Sequence record: SRR20825019_1295
Length of the DNA stretch: 39,151 bases
Direction: 5' to 3' (one strand)
The position numbers were made by a program, and so were the translations under genes. Below the pieces are notes generated by a model. That model was given only the letters and a program-made list of their open reading frames with translations. It made no database searches and was not told the DNA's origin. Of this stretch, positions 10,959 through 20,377 are shown piece after piece (the first letter of the stretch is position 1; every line of letters begins with the position of its first letter).

Positions 10959-11544
10959 ATTCTTTTACAACATGCCTATCTATATAAGGCTCATTTTCAA
11001 TGCGACCAATAATAGGAACTTTAGTCATTTTAGTTATAATATCTTCTGTGGTTTTGGTTGAAGGTCCATTAAAGATTATACCGAAGATTTCAAGTCCTTT
11101 CGCCCTAAGTGATTCAATAGTTAGTAAGGTATGATTTATACTTCCTAAGTAATGTCTGGACACTACTACTACTCTATCTTTTTTACTTATAAGATCTGCA
11201 ATTGTTTGAGTATTACTTATAGGAACCAATAAGCCACCAGCACCTTCAATTACTAGGTTTTTAGATGTTTTTGGTCGTTTAACTTTAGATTTAGACAATG
11301 TTACACCATCAATTTCTGCGGCCGCGTGCGGACTCATAGGTGTTTTAAGGTTAAAGGCACTATCAAAGAATTTGGTTTCAGGGTTGTTTACCCAACGTGC
11401 AACTTTATGAGTATCACTATTAGATAAATCTCCTGCTTGTATGGGTTTCCAATAATCTGCTTTTAAAGCTTCAGTAAGAATAGCAGAAGCAACAGTTTTA
11501 CCAACATCTGTTCCTATACCTGTTACAAAATATGTATGTGTCAT
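10927..11544 (-). CDS. bioD: Dethiobiotin synthase
   Basis: TGIGTDVGKT P-loop, WKPIQAG, IEGAGG, LGSINHTLL. Confidence 0.95.
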   Translation of the reverse strand: MTHTYFVTGIGTDVGKTVASAILTEALKADYWKPIQAGDLSNSDTHKVARWVNNPETKFFDSAFNLKTPMSPHAAAEIDGVTLSKSKVKRPKTSKNLVIEGAGGLLVPISNTQTIADLISKKDRVVVVSRHYLGSINHTLLTIESLRAKGLEIFGIIFNGPSTKTTEDIITKMTKVPIIGRIENEPYIDRHVVKEYAEKFKNELK

Positions 11545-11945
11545 TGTATAAATTTAGTATTGCAGTTGGTACAACGGTATTGCATTTTTGGATTATCTAA
11601 AAGTAAGTTTGAAAAAAAATGCTTAAGATTTGCCCATAAATCTCTAGTACCACTAACCGTAATATCATGTTCTATGTCCACACTTTCGCATTGGGGACAA
11701 CTTAAACATTGTGTATCTTCATCATTATTATTTAAAGAACTTAGTATATGCTTAGCTCTTATAACGTCTTCGGCTTTTACTTTTAATTTAATGCCTCCCA
11801 TTGCTTGGCTTGCGCCTGGCTCTGCCTCAACAGAATATAGATCTCCTAAGTATACAGAAATACCATCTGCCTCCAAACGCCCTTTTAAAATTTGGGCTTG
11901 GTAGCTATATTCATAAACTGCAATTGTTTTATAGTTGTTTGCCAT
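11541..11945 (-). CDS. DUF2007 domain protein with zinc ribbon
   Basis: AQILKGRLEADGI...GGIKLKV pattern; CPQC...CTNC; likely start MANNY at 11945. Confidence 0.7.
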   Translation of the reverse strand: MANNYKTIAVYEYSYQAQILKGRLEADGISVYLGDLYSVEAEPGASQAMGGIKLKVKAEDVIRAKHILSSLNNNDEDTQCLSCPQCESVDIEHDITVSGTRDLWANLKHFFSNLLLDNPKMQYRCTNCNTKFIQ

Positions 11946-13074
11946 GTGACACAAAGGTAGCTAAGTGTTGCAGAACTTGAGTGATTTCAACTTTAGAATT
12001 AAAACTATGTATGCAAAACCTTAAACGCTCTTTTCCTTCTGGAACTGTTGGAGATAAAATAGGACGTACATCATAACCTTTTTCGCCTAAAAATTTTGAA
12101 GCTTTCTTCACTCTATTATTACCAGGAACTATACAAGATTGTATGGCAGATGAGCTCTCAATAAATAACTTATCTAGCCTTAGCCTAGCAACCTCACGTT
12201 TAAATGCATTAATATTGTTCTGAAGCTTTTCTAGGCAATTAATCCCTTTGTTGTTTTGTAATATATTATATGCCGAACCAATTGCTAAAAGTGAATGTGG
12301 TGGCATTGCCGTTGTATAAATAAAAGGTCTTGAGAAATTTATTAGAAATTCCTTTAAGCCTACACTTCCTAAAATTGCAGCTCCATGACCACCCATAGCT
12401 TTTCCATAAGTGACAATTCTTGCAAAAACCTGTGTTTCTAAACCTAAATCCTGAATTAAACCTTCACCTTTATTACCAAACACACCTATTGCATGAGCTT
12501 CATCTATAATAATGTTGGCATTATATGCTTTAGTTAAGTTTACAATTTGGTTTAGGTCTGGTTGATCACCATCCATAGAAAAAACAGATTCTGTCACAAT
12601 ATAACACTCTGAAGTACCTTTAAATTTATTAAGTAGCTGTTGTAAGTGATCTAAATCATTGTGCTTAAATTTTATTGCTTTGGCAAATCCCATTGTTATA
12701 CCATCTCGTATAGATGCGTGTGACCATTCGTCATAAAACACAACATCACCACGCATTAAAATTGCAGACAGTAAACCTAGATTAGCATCGTATCCAGAAT
12801 TAAAAAGTAATGCAGCTTCTGCATTATGGAAACCTGAAATTTGTTGCTCAGTTTTTTCAAATAAGGCTGAATGACCTGAAAGTAATCGAGAACCTGTAGC
12901 GCCATTTAAAATTGAGTGTTCTTCAAGATGTATTTTAGATTCAGAAATTAATTTTGAAAACCCTAAATAATCGTTTGAGCTAAAATCTATTAAATTTTGA
13001 GGTAGCCTTAAAGCTCTTAGACTATTGTTGTCTTTTCTTGAATCTATTTTTTTCTGTAGTCGCTCTGGTAACAT
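11929..13074 (-). CDS. bioF: 8-amino-7-oxononanoate synthase
   Basis: FSSNDYLG, GSRLLSG, SGYDAN, HASIRDG, ESVFSMDG, DEAH, TYGKA. Confidence 0.93.
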   Translation of the reverse strand: MLPERLQKKIDSRKDNNSLRALRLPQNLIDFSSNDYLGFSKLISESKIHLEEHSILNGATGSRLLSGHSALFEKTEQQISGFHNAEAALLFNSGYDANLGLLSAILMRGDVVFYDEWSHASIRDGITMGFAKAIKFKHNDLDHLQQLLNKFKGTSECYIVTESVFSMDGDQPDLNQIVNLTKAYNANIIIDEAHAIGVFGNKGEGLIQDLGLETQVFARIVTYGKAMGGHGAAILGSVGLKEFLINFSRPFIYTTAMPPHSLLAIGSAYNILQNNKGINCLEKLQNNINAFKREVARLRLDKLFIESSSAIQSCIVPGNNRVKKASKFLGEKGYDVRPILSPTVPEGKERLRFCIHSFNSKVEITQVLQHLATFVSHGKQL

Positions 13075-13078
13075 ACCT

Positions 13079-13086
13079 CAAAGATA
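13079..13086 (-). promoter_or_regulatory. -7 promoter element of the bio operon (TATCTTTG)
   Basis: Minus-strand TAnnTTTG 4 bp upstream of the bioF ATG. Confidence 0.6.
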
Positions 13087-13129
13087 AGGTCATTTTAATA
13101 ATCCTTATTATATTTATAAAAACAAGCGT

Positions 13130-13555
13130 ATGGAATTACAAGATTTTATAATTCGAGTAAGTCTAGCTTTAGGATCTGGATTTCTAATAGGATTAGAAAG
13201 AGAGTTTAAAAGCAAAAGTGCTGGACTTAAAACAAACATGCTCGTTGCATTGGGTGCATCAATATTCGTGTTGGTTTCATTAGAGTTTAGCAATAAAGAC
13301 TATACAGATCTTACGCGTGTTTTGGGACAAGTTGTAACAGGCATTGGTTTTCTTGGTGCTGGAGCTATAATTCAAAAAGGCACAAATATTAAAGGGTTAA
13401 CTACAGCTGCTACTATTTGGTGTAGTGCTGGAGCAGGTTGTTTGGCTGCTGTTGGCATGTATTGGGAACTGCTCACAATAACTGTGCTTGTTCTCATTGT
13501 AAACTTTATCTTTGGACTATTAGACACAAAAATTGAAAACACACTTAAAGACTAA
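13130..13555 (+). CDS. MgtC/SapB family membrane protein
   Basis: IGLERE, AGLKT, QVVTGIGFLGAG, GLTTAATIW. Confidence 0.92.
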   Translation: MELQDFIIRVSLALGSGFLIGLEREFKSKSAGLKTNMLVALGASIFVLVSLEFSNKDYTDLTRVLGQVVTGIGFLGAGAIIQKGTNIKGLTTAATIWCSAGAGCLAAVGMYWELLTITVLVLIVNFIFGLLDTKIENTLKD

Positions 13556-13558
13556 CCC

Positions 13559-14857
13559 TTGAAAATAGCAAAAAACCCCGTTGAGAATTTTATTAATCAC
13601 TCAACTTCTGGAAGTTTTATACTTATAGCGTGTACTATTATTGCACTAATTTGGGCAAACTCACCTTGGCAAGATGCTTACCACGCACTTTGGGCATCAG
13701 ATTTTTCTCTTGGTTTTACAGATACAACGTTTGCTATAACCAAACCTCTATACTTATGGATTAATGATGGTCTTATGACCTTATTCTTCTTATACGTAGG
13801 TTTAGAAATTAAACGTGAAATAATAGATGGAGAGCTAACCTCCTTTAAAAAAGCATCTATGCCTGTCTTTGCTGCTCTAGGCGGCATTGTTGTACCAATT
13901 GCATTATTCTTTTTACTAAACCAAGAAGACAGAGGTACGCACGGTTGGGGAATACCAATGGCTACCGATATTGCATTTTCTTTAGGAATATTACAATTAC
14001 TTGGTAAACGTGTGCCTTTAGGGTTAAAAGTTTTCCTCACCACATTTGCCGTAATAGATGACATAGGAGCTATTGTTGTTATAGCCATTTTTTACAGTCA
14101 TGGCTTTTATGTTGAATACTTAAGTGTTGCTATTGGCCTATTGCTCATATTATGGTTACTTAATTATTTACAAATATTCTCCAAGTACCTATTCTTAATA
14201 TTTGGTCTTGCCATTTGGGTATTATTTTTAAAGTCTGGTGTGCACCCAACTATTGCAGGAGTATTACTTGCGTTTGTACTACCTTCAGTTAGATATGTGA
14301 ATTTAAAGGATGTATTTTCAAACCTCAACAACAACTTAAAACGCTTAAAAGAAAGTGATCCTAAAAAACATGTCCTTACAGAAGAACAACAGGTTGCTGT
14401 AGATGAGATTAATGCTGTAACAGATCAAGTACAATCTCCAATGCAACAATTAGAGCATGGCTTAAGTGGTTGGGTTGCAATTGTTATCATGCCATTATTT
14501 GCTCTTGCAAATGCTGGCATCACTATAAATTTAGATTCTCTTAGCGCTACGCATTTAATTTCACAAATAGGAATTTCAATGGTTGCAGGTAAGGTTATTG
14601 GAATTAGTCTCTTTAGTTACTTGGCTTATAAATTAGGTATAGCCAGACTTCCTGCAGGCATACAGTTTAAAGACATATTTGCAGTAAGTATTTTAGGAGG
14701 TGTAGGATTCACAATGTCATTATTTGTAGCAGAGCTGGCCTTTAGAGAAGACGATTTACTAACAGCTTCTAAATTGGGTATTCTTATAGGTTCATTTGGA
14801 GCAGGTATTGTTGGTTATTTTGCTTTAAGGATACAGCTTAAACGCAAGACAAAATAA
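13559..14857 (+). CDS. nhaA: Na+/H+ antiporter NhaA
   Basis: WINDGLM, GWGIPMATDIAF, AVIDD, KSGVH, GVGFTMSLF. Confidence 0.95.
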   Translation: MKIAKNPVENFINHSTSGSFILIACTIIALIWANSPWQDAYHALWASDFSLGFTDTTFAITKPLYLWINDGLMTLFFLYVGLEIKREIIDGELTSFKKASMPVFAALGGIVVPIALFFLLNQEDRGTHGWGIPMATDIAFSLGILQLLGKRVPLGLKVFLTTFAVIDDIGAIVVIAIFYSHGFYVEYLSVAIGLLLILWLLNYLQIFSKYLFLIFGLAIWVLFLKSGVHPTIAGVLLAFVLPSVRYVNLKDVFSNLNNNLKRLKESDPKKHVLTEEQQVAVDEINAVTDQVQSPMQQLEHGLSGWVAIVIMPLFALANAGITINLDSLSATHLISQIGISMVAGKVIGISLFSYLAYKLGIARLPAGIQFKDIFAVSILGGVGFTMSLFVAELAFREDDLLTASKLGILIGSFGAGIVGYFALRIQLKRKTK

Positions 14858-14875
14858 ACAGATTAACAACTTAAA

Positions 14876-14923
14876 TTATTGTTTTTCGATAAATTGCATA
14901 TATTTGTTATCGTTAATCGATAA
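14876..14923 (+). promoter_or_regulatory. Two TTATYG-N5-CGATAA palindromes flanking a TATATTTG -7 element
   Basis: 14876-14892 TTATTGtttttCGATAA; 14907-14923 TTATCGttaatCGATAA; -7 box at 14899-14906. Confidence 0.7.
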
Positions 14924-14930
14924 TTTAAAT

Positions 14931-15443
14931 ATGCGACTTACTACTTTATTCAAATCACTTATAGACATAGCTTATGTCTTAATGATACCTATTGTTATCT
15001 TTTTTCCTGGTACAATATTATATCTAATATTTTTCCCTCAACAAACTATTTTCAAAACCAATATACCAATTGAAAGTAACGGTATTCCCGCATTATATAT
15101 CCTAGCTTTGTTTATAGGATTTTTAGAGTTTGTTTTATTTTTTGCAGGTTTTCATAACCTAAGACAATTGTCTAAGCATATTTTAAAGAAGTCATTAATT
15201 AGTAAAACTTCTGTAAATTATTTGAAACGAATTGGACAGTTTTTTTCTATCTCTGGAGGCTCATCTTTAGTGCTCTTATTTCTATTTAATCTTATAAAGG
15301 ATTCTAAAGTTAGCATTGAATTCGGCATCTCAAATTATCAATTACTTTTATTCTTATTTATTATTGGAGTATTCTTTTTACTTCTCAATCAAGCTTTTGA
15401 CAAAGCATTAAAGATAAAATCTGAAAATGATCTAACAGTTTAG
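14931..15443 (+). CDS. DUF2975 family membrane protein
   Basis: Four TM helices, C-terminal KSENDLTV, adjacent XRE gene; ATG 14931 preferred since the TTG at 14904 lies in the promoter box. Confidence 0.85.
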   Translation: MRLTTLFKSLIDIAYVLMIPIVIFFPGTILYLIFFPQQTIFKTNIPIESNGIPALYILALFIGFLEFVLFFAGFHNLRQLSKHILKKSLISKTSVNYLKRIGQFFSISGGSSLVLLFLFNLIKDSKVSIEFGISNYQLLLFLFIIGVFFLLLNQAFDKALKIKSENDLTV

Positions 15444-15444
15444 T

Positions 15445-15651
15445 ATGGCAATCATAATAAATTTAGATAGCATTCTTACTGCGCAAAATTTAAAAGGAAA
15501 AGAATTAGCTGAAGCTATAGGTATTACAGAAGCCAACTTATCTATTTTAAGGTCTGGTAAAGCAAAAGCCGTTCGCTTCTCTACACTTAACGCTATTTGT
15601 AAAACACTAAAATGCCAACCAGGTGACATTTTAAAATATACTGTAGATTAA
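15445..15651 (+). CDS. XRE/Cro-type HTH regulator (YozG-like)
   Basis: ELAEAIGITEANLSILRSGKAKAVRFSTL..IC..L.CQPGDIL. Confidence 0.92.
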   Translation: MAIIINLDSILTAQNLKGKELAEAIGITEANLSILRSGKAKAVRFSTLNAICKTLKCQPGDILKYTVD

Positions 15652-15684
15652 TTCGTCTTATATTTAGAGCATTAAAGCTTCTAT

Positions 15685-16722
15685 ATGCGTTATCATGTTT
15701 CAATTATAATTTTAGGAATTTTAAGCCTTATATGCATTTGGTCTTGCGAGAGCCAACCTAAAGACACAAAAAAGTCTGCTAAAATTAATGGTGTAAGCTT
15801 AGTGGCGTCTCGAGACGCAATAGATAGTTCTCATATTACACCTATTACTAATGTAAACGCAAATTACGCTTCTGTTATGCCTTTTGGGTTTATACGTAGT
15901 TTAGAGTCTGCAGAGGTTCTTTACAACACAGACAGACAATGGCGAGGTGAGCGCGTAGATGGTGTGAAAGAAACCATAAAGCATCTTCACAATGCTAACA
16001 TAAAGGTTATGCTTAAACCTCAAATTTGGATTTCTCGCGGTGAATTTACAGGAGATATGATGATGGCTTCTGAAGAACATTGGACAACGCTCGAAAACAG
16101 TTATGAAGGATTTATTTTATTATACGCACAGTTAGCTCAAGACACTAATGCAGAATGGTTTTGTATAGGTACAGAACTTTATAATTTTGTAAATGCTAGA
16201 CCTAAATTTTGGTCTCAACTCATTAAGAAAATTAAAACTATTTATAGTGGTAATTTAACCTATGCAGAAAATTGGGATAAAGTAGACAAGGTTACATTTT
16301 GGAATGAGATGGATGCTATCGGTGCAGACGCCTATTTTCCTATTTCCGAAGATAAGACTCCAACTATAAAAGCATCAAGACAATCTTGGAAACCTTGGAA
16401 AACCACTCTCAAGAACTTAAGTGACACCTATAATAGGCCTATTTTATTTACAGAATATGGATACAGAAGTATAGATTATTCTGGAAATAGGCCTTGGGAA
16501 TCACAACGTGAAGATGGCAAAATAAATCATGAAGCGCAGCTTAATTTAACTAACGCTTTATTTAAAGAATTTTGGAATGAGCCTTGGTTTGCAGGTGGTT
16601 TTATATGGAAATGGTTTCATAATCATTCAGAAGTTGGTGGTATGCAAAACAATAGGTTTACACCACAGAATAAACCTGTTGAAAAACTTATAAAAGAGCA
16701 TTACCAACAATACTCTAATTAA
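15685..16722 (+). CDS. GH113-like glycoside hydrolase, lipoprotein
   Basis: Lipobox-like IWSC; MLKPQIW, IGTEL, TYAENWD, DAYFP, FTEYG, WKW. Confidence 0.75.
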   Translation: MRYHVSIIILGILSLICIWSCESQPKDTKKSAKINGVSLVASRDAIDSSHITPITNVNANYASVMPFGFIRSLESAEVLYNTDRQWRGERVDGVKETIKHLHNANIKVMLKPQIWISRGEFTGDMMMASEEHWTTLENSYEGFILLYAQLAQDTNAEWFCIGTELYNFVNARPKFWSQLIKKIKTIYSGNLTYAENWDKVDKVTFWNEMDAIGADAYFPISEDKTPTIKASRQSWKPWKTTLKNLSDTYNRPILFTEYGYRSIDYSGNRPWESQREDGKINHEAQLNLTNALFKEFWNEPWFAGGFIWKWFHNHSEVGGMQNNRFTPQNKPVEKLIKEHYQQYSN

Positions 16723-16747
16723 TTAAGCTTAAAATAATGATTGAAAC

Positions 16748-18508
16748 CTAAACATGCTCTGGTGTTTCTAAAAGCTCTAAACCACCTTCAATTAAATGAC
16801 TAACTTCTGGTCTGCGCTCTTTTAATTCATTTAAATATCTGAACACCTCTTTTGATAGAGCTGTGTTTCGCTCAACTTCTAATTCATAAATCTCTAAAGG
16901 TAGTAACCAATCTTCATTATGGTGTTTCTTCAAGATATCAAAAACAGCATCTGGTGAAAACTTAGTGGTTTCACCGTTGCGGTAATTCCTAATAGCCTCA
17001 TACAACTCAATAAGTTCTTGTTGTTTTGCAGAACGTTCTGTTTTTATCGTTGTCGTTGTTGAAGGATTATGTGTGTTTACATTAAAAGATCTGTAATCTG
17101 CCATACCTGCAAAGGCTGAAACAATGTCTTTTCCAACGGCAAAGTCAAAATCGCCATCCTCTGGACTAAACAATACCTCATCTTTATATTTCACGGTACA
17201 ATCTGTAAATTGAATCAACATCAATTCACTTTTTAGGTTTCTTATACCTGTAACGTTCATACCTTCTACAGTAATGCCACTTTCAAACTCAAATTGAATG
17301 TGCTTTCCGTCATAAAAATTATAAGCTTGTAAATCGCGTGGACCCATATTTTCAATGGCGAGATTAATACCTTTTAATTTCCCTAAAGGCGATCGAAATC
17401 CATTGGTATGGCGCTCTATACCATGACCTATCAATTCTTTTTCACGGTAAGACAATGCGGTTTCACCTTCAGTTTCAAAATAAACAACTTCATTATCCTC
17501 ATTCTGTATCATTCGTTTAAATACACCCGAAACTTGTAAGCCTGTACTCAATTCTATAGTACCTAATTGTTTGCTTTCAATAAGTTTTTTAAGGCCGCGC
17601 CAACCACCTTTTCTTACTGCCATTGTATTGGCAAACTCTTCTAAAACCTCTTGTAAATATGCAAAATCTGGGGTTACAAATAGTTGTGGTTGTTGTTTTG
17701 TAATATCAAAATCTTGGTATGCTGCATCAATAGAATATGGTAGTTTTTTCACGGCATCTGTCATACAGTTCTTGCTTTCTCCAATAGAGGATAGTAAACC
17801 TGCGCCATAAATTTTTGGATCATCAACCGTTCCAACAAGTCCGTACTCTACTGTCCACCAATGTAAATTTCTAATTAATGAAATTTCACTTGGCTCAACC
17901 TTTTTATTCTGTAGTTCCTCAACAAGCATTTCAGCAGCATCAATTTGATCTTGTGGTGTGCCTTCTGCTTCTTTTAGTATAGAAACAGATCTTACTGCTT
18001 CATACATCTCAATATCGTGCGCACTAGAAATTGCTTTACTTCCAATTTCACCAAATCGACGCAAGTACTCTGCATAATCTGGACTTGCAATAATTGGTGC
18101 GTGACCTGCGCCTTCGTGAATAATATCTGGCGCTGGTGTATATTCAATATTTTCAAGCTGACGAATATCACTCGCAATCACTAAGACTTTATAGGCTTGA
18201 AACTCCATAAAAGCGTTTGGTGGTATAAAACCATCAACAGCAACTGCTGCCCAACCAATATCTTTAAGGATACGGTTCATACCATACATACTAGGGATTT
18301 CATTTATTGAAATACCTGTTTTCTTTAATCCAGACAAATAACTTTCGTGTGCAACCTTACCTAAATATTCAACATTTTTACGCATTACATAACGCCATAC
18401 TGCTTGATTAATAGCTGTATAATCGTCGTAGTTTTGAGATTTTATAAATTGCTTTAAGTGTGGTGGCAATCTATCTATAAGTGGGTTTGTCTGTATGGTT
18501 TCGTTCAT
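16748..18508 (-). CDS. phhA: Aromatic amino acid (phenylalanine) hydroxylase, long form
   Basis: YTPAPDIIHEGAGH, WWTVEYGL, YGAGLLSSIGE; C-terminal extension of about 300 aa. Confidence 0.85.
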   Translation of the reverse strand: MNETIQTNPLIDRLPPHLKQFIKSQNYDDYTAINQAVWRYVMRKNVEYLGKVAHESYLSGLKKTGISINEIPSMYGMNRILKDIGWAAVAVDGFIPPNAFMEFQAYKVLVIASDIRQLENIEYTPAPDIIHEGAGHAPIIASPDYAEYLRRFGEIGSKAISSAHDIEMYEAVRSVSILKEAEGTPQDQIDAAEMLVEELQNKKVEPSEISLIRNLHWWTVEYGLVGTVDDPKIYGAGLLSSIGESKNCMTDAVKKLPYSIDAAYQDFDITKQQPQLFVTPDFAYLQEVLEEFANTMAVRKGGWRGLKKLIESKQLGTIELSTGLQVSGVFKRMIQNEDNEVVYFETEGETALSYREKELIGHGIERHTNGFRSPLGKLKGINLAIENMGPRDLQAYNFYDGKHIQFEFESGITVEGMNVTGIRNLKSELMLIQFTDCTVKYKDEVLFSPEDGDFDFAVGKDIVSAFAGMADYRSFNVNTHNPSTTTTIKTERSAKQQELIELYEAIRNYRNGETTKFSPDAVFDILKKHHNEDWLLPLEIYELEVERNTALSKEVFRYLNELKERRPEVSHLIEGGLELLETPEHV

Positions 18509-18549
18509 CCTGTCATTATTATGAAATCATGCAAAGCACAAAATACATT

Positions 18550-18557
18550 CAAAAGTA
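18550..18557 (-). promoter_or_regulatory. Possible -7 element for phhA (TACTTTTG)
   Basis: Minus-strand TAnnTTTG about 40 bp upstream of the start. Confidence 0.4.
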
Positions 18558-18639
18558 AGAGTTGTCGGTCTAACACACCATTTTTTACAGTGAAACCTTT
18601 AAATTTTAGAAGCATTAATTTGAATAATAATGCGGAGCT

Positions 18640-18657
18640 AACTAACAAGTGTTAGTT
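18640..18657. promoter_or_regulatory. Putative TetR (PaaR) operator 1
   Basis: AACTAAC-aagt-GTTAGTT just upstream of the -7 box TATATTTG (18664-18671) of tetR. Confidence 0.75.
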
Positions 18658-18676
18658 TTTTCGTATATTTGTACTG

Positions 18677-19249
18677 ATGAAAGTCTTAGACCGCAAATCT
18701 GAAATCCTTAACGTTGCTACAAATCTCATTACCGAGAAAGGTTACAACGCCGTATCAATGCGCGATATCGCAAGAGGTATGGATATGAAAGCGGCGAGTT
18801 TGTACAATCATATTTCTGGTAAGCAGGATATCCTTTCAATTTCTATTCTCAAAGTAGCTGAACTATTTACTCAAGGAATGAATGCCGTTCTAGAATTAGA
18901 AGCAACTTCAACTGAAAAACTAACATTATTAATTCATTTACACATAGACATCAGCGTGAATCATTCCGGTGCTATGGCAATGATGAACAATGATTGGATG
19001 CATCTTGAGAGCGAGTCGTTATCTCAATTCCTTAGTCTTCGAAATGCCTACGAGAATAATTTCAGAATTATTATAAAACGAGGAATTTCTAAAAATGAAC
19101 TGACAGATAAGAATATCGAAGTTATTCTTTTTTCAATGCTTTCAACTTTACAGACAATGTATTTATGGTACGAGAAACGGGGTAAGATGGATGTTAATTT
19201 ACTGAAGAAGGAGATGGTTGATGTATTGCTGAACGGAATAATTGTTTGA
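18677..19249 (+). CDS. TetR family regulator, probable PaaR
   Basis: N-terminal HTH (GYNAVSMRDIA...ASLYNH.SGKQDIL); heads the paa cluster. Confidence 0.85.
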   Translation: MKVLDRKSEILNVATNLITEKGYNAVSMRDIARGMDMKAASLYNHISGKQDILSISILKVAELFTQGMNAVLELEATSTEKLTLLIHLHIDISVNHSGAMAMMNNDWMHLESESLSQFLSLRNAYENNFRIIIKRGISKNELTDKNIEVILFSMLSTLQTMYLWYEKRGKMDVNLLKKEMVDVLLNGIIV

Positions 19250-19267
19250 ATTTAAAAACCAATAAAT

Positions 19268-20377
19268 ATGGCACTTCAAGACGAAATAAATCAGAAGTCA
19301 TCTGAAATTCATACCGACTCATATCCTATGTCAATAGGAGAGATAATCTCAATCTATAAAGAAGGTGAATTAGATATTCATCCAGAATTTCAAAGATTCT
19401 TCAGATGGAATGAATCACAAAAATCTAAACTTATTGAATCAATTTTACTAGGAATCCCAATTCCTTCAATATTTGTATCCCAAAGAGAAAATGGTGTTTG
19501 GGATGTTATAGATGGATTGCAAAGACTATCCACTATTTTTGAGTTTGCAGGAATTCTAAAAGACAGAAATGGTGAGTTGAAAGATGCAAGTACTTTAAGG
19601 TCAACTAAATATTTGCCATCTTTAGAAGGCAAAAAGTGGGACTCTGAAGAAGAAAATTCCCTTACTGCTGATCAACGACTTTATATAAAAAGATCGAGAC
19701 TCAATCTCCAAATTGTTCAAAAAGAAAGTGATGATGACACAAAATATGAATTATTCCAAAGATTAAATACGGGAGGGACTCCATTATCTAATCAAGAACT
19801 TAGAAACTGTCTTTTGTTAATGATAGATAATGACTTTTTTGAATGGCTGAGTGATTTGGTAAAGGACGAAAATTTTCAAAATACCATAAGCTTAAGCGAT
19901 AAGAATTTAGAAGAAAGGTATGATGTTGAATTAGCACTTCGATTTTTTATAAATAAAAATTCTACAGAGGAAGAATTGACCAATTTTAGAGATATAGGAG
20001 AATTTATTACTGATCAAATGATAACATTTACAAAACCTGAAATGTTTGATAGAGACATAGAAAGCGAATTATTCAAGGATACATTTTCACTCCTTTACTC
20101 AGCCTTGGAAGATAACGCCTTTAAAAAATACAATTTTGATAAAAATAAATTTGAAGGGGGATTTTCTATATCTGCTTTTGAAGCTGTTTCAACTGGAATT
20201 TCATTTAATGAGCAAATCTACGATAAGACTGATGAGAATGACAAAAATATTTTAGTTGAAAAAGTGAAAAATCTCTGGTCAGAAGATTGGTTTAAATCAC
20301 ATTCAGGCGCAGGTGTTCAAGCTTATAGAAGATTACGAAAATTTGTTCCGAATTCTAAAGAGTATTTTTCAAAATGA
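19268..20377 (+). CDS. DUF262 (GmrS/ParB-like) domain protein
   Basis: PEFQRFFRW, LIESILLGIPIP, VIDGLQRLST, FQRLNTGG. Confidence 0.88.
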   Translation: MALQDEINQKSSEIHTDSYPMSIGEIISIYKEGELDIHPEFQRFFRWNESQKSKLIESILLGIPIPSIFVSQRENGVWDVIDGLQRLSTIFEFAGILKDRNGELKDASTLRSTKYLPSLEGKKWDSEEENSLTADQRLYIKRSRLNLQIVQKESDDDTKYELFQRLNTGGTPLSNQELRNCLLLMIDNDFFEWLSDLVKDENFQNTISLSDKNLEERYDVELALRFFINKNSTEEELTNFRDIGEFITDQMITFTKPEMFDRDIESELFKDTFSLLYSALEDNAFKKYNFDKNKFEGGFSISAFEAVSTGISFNEQIYDKTDENDKNILVEKVKNLWSEDWFKSHSGAGVQAYRRLRKFVPNSKEYFSK

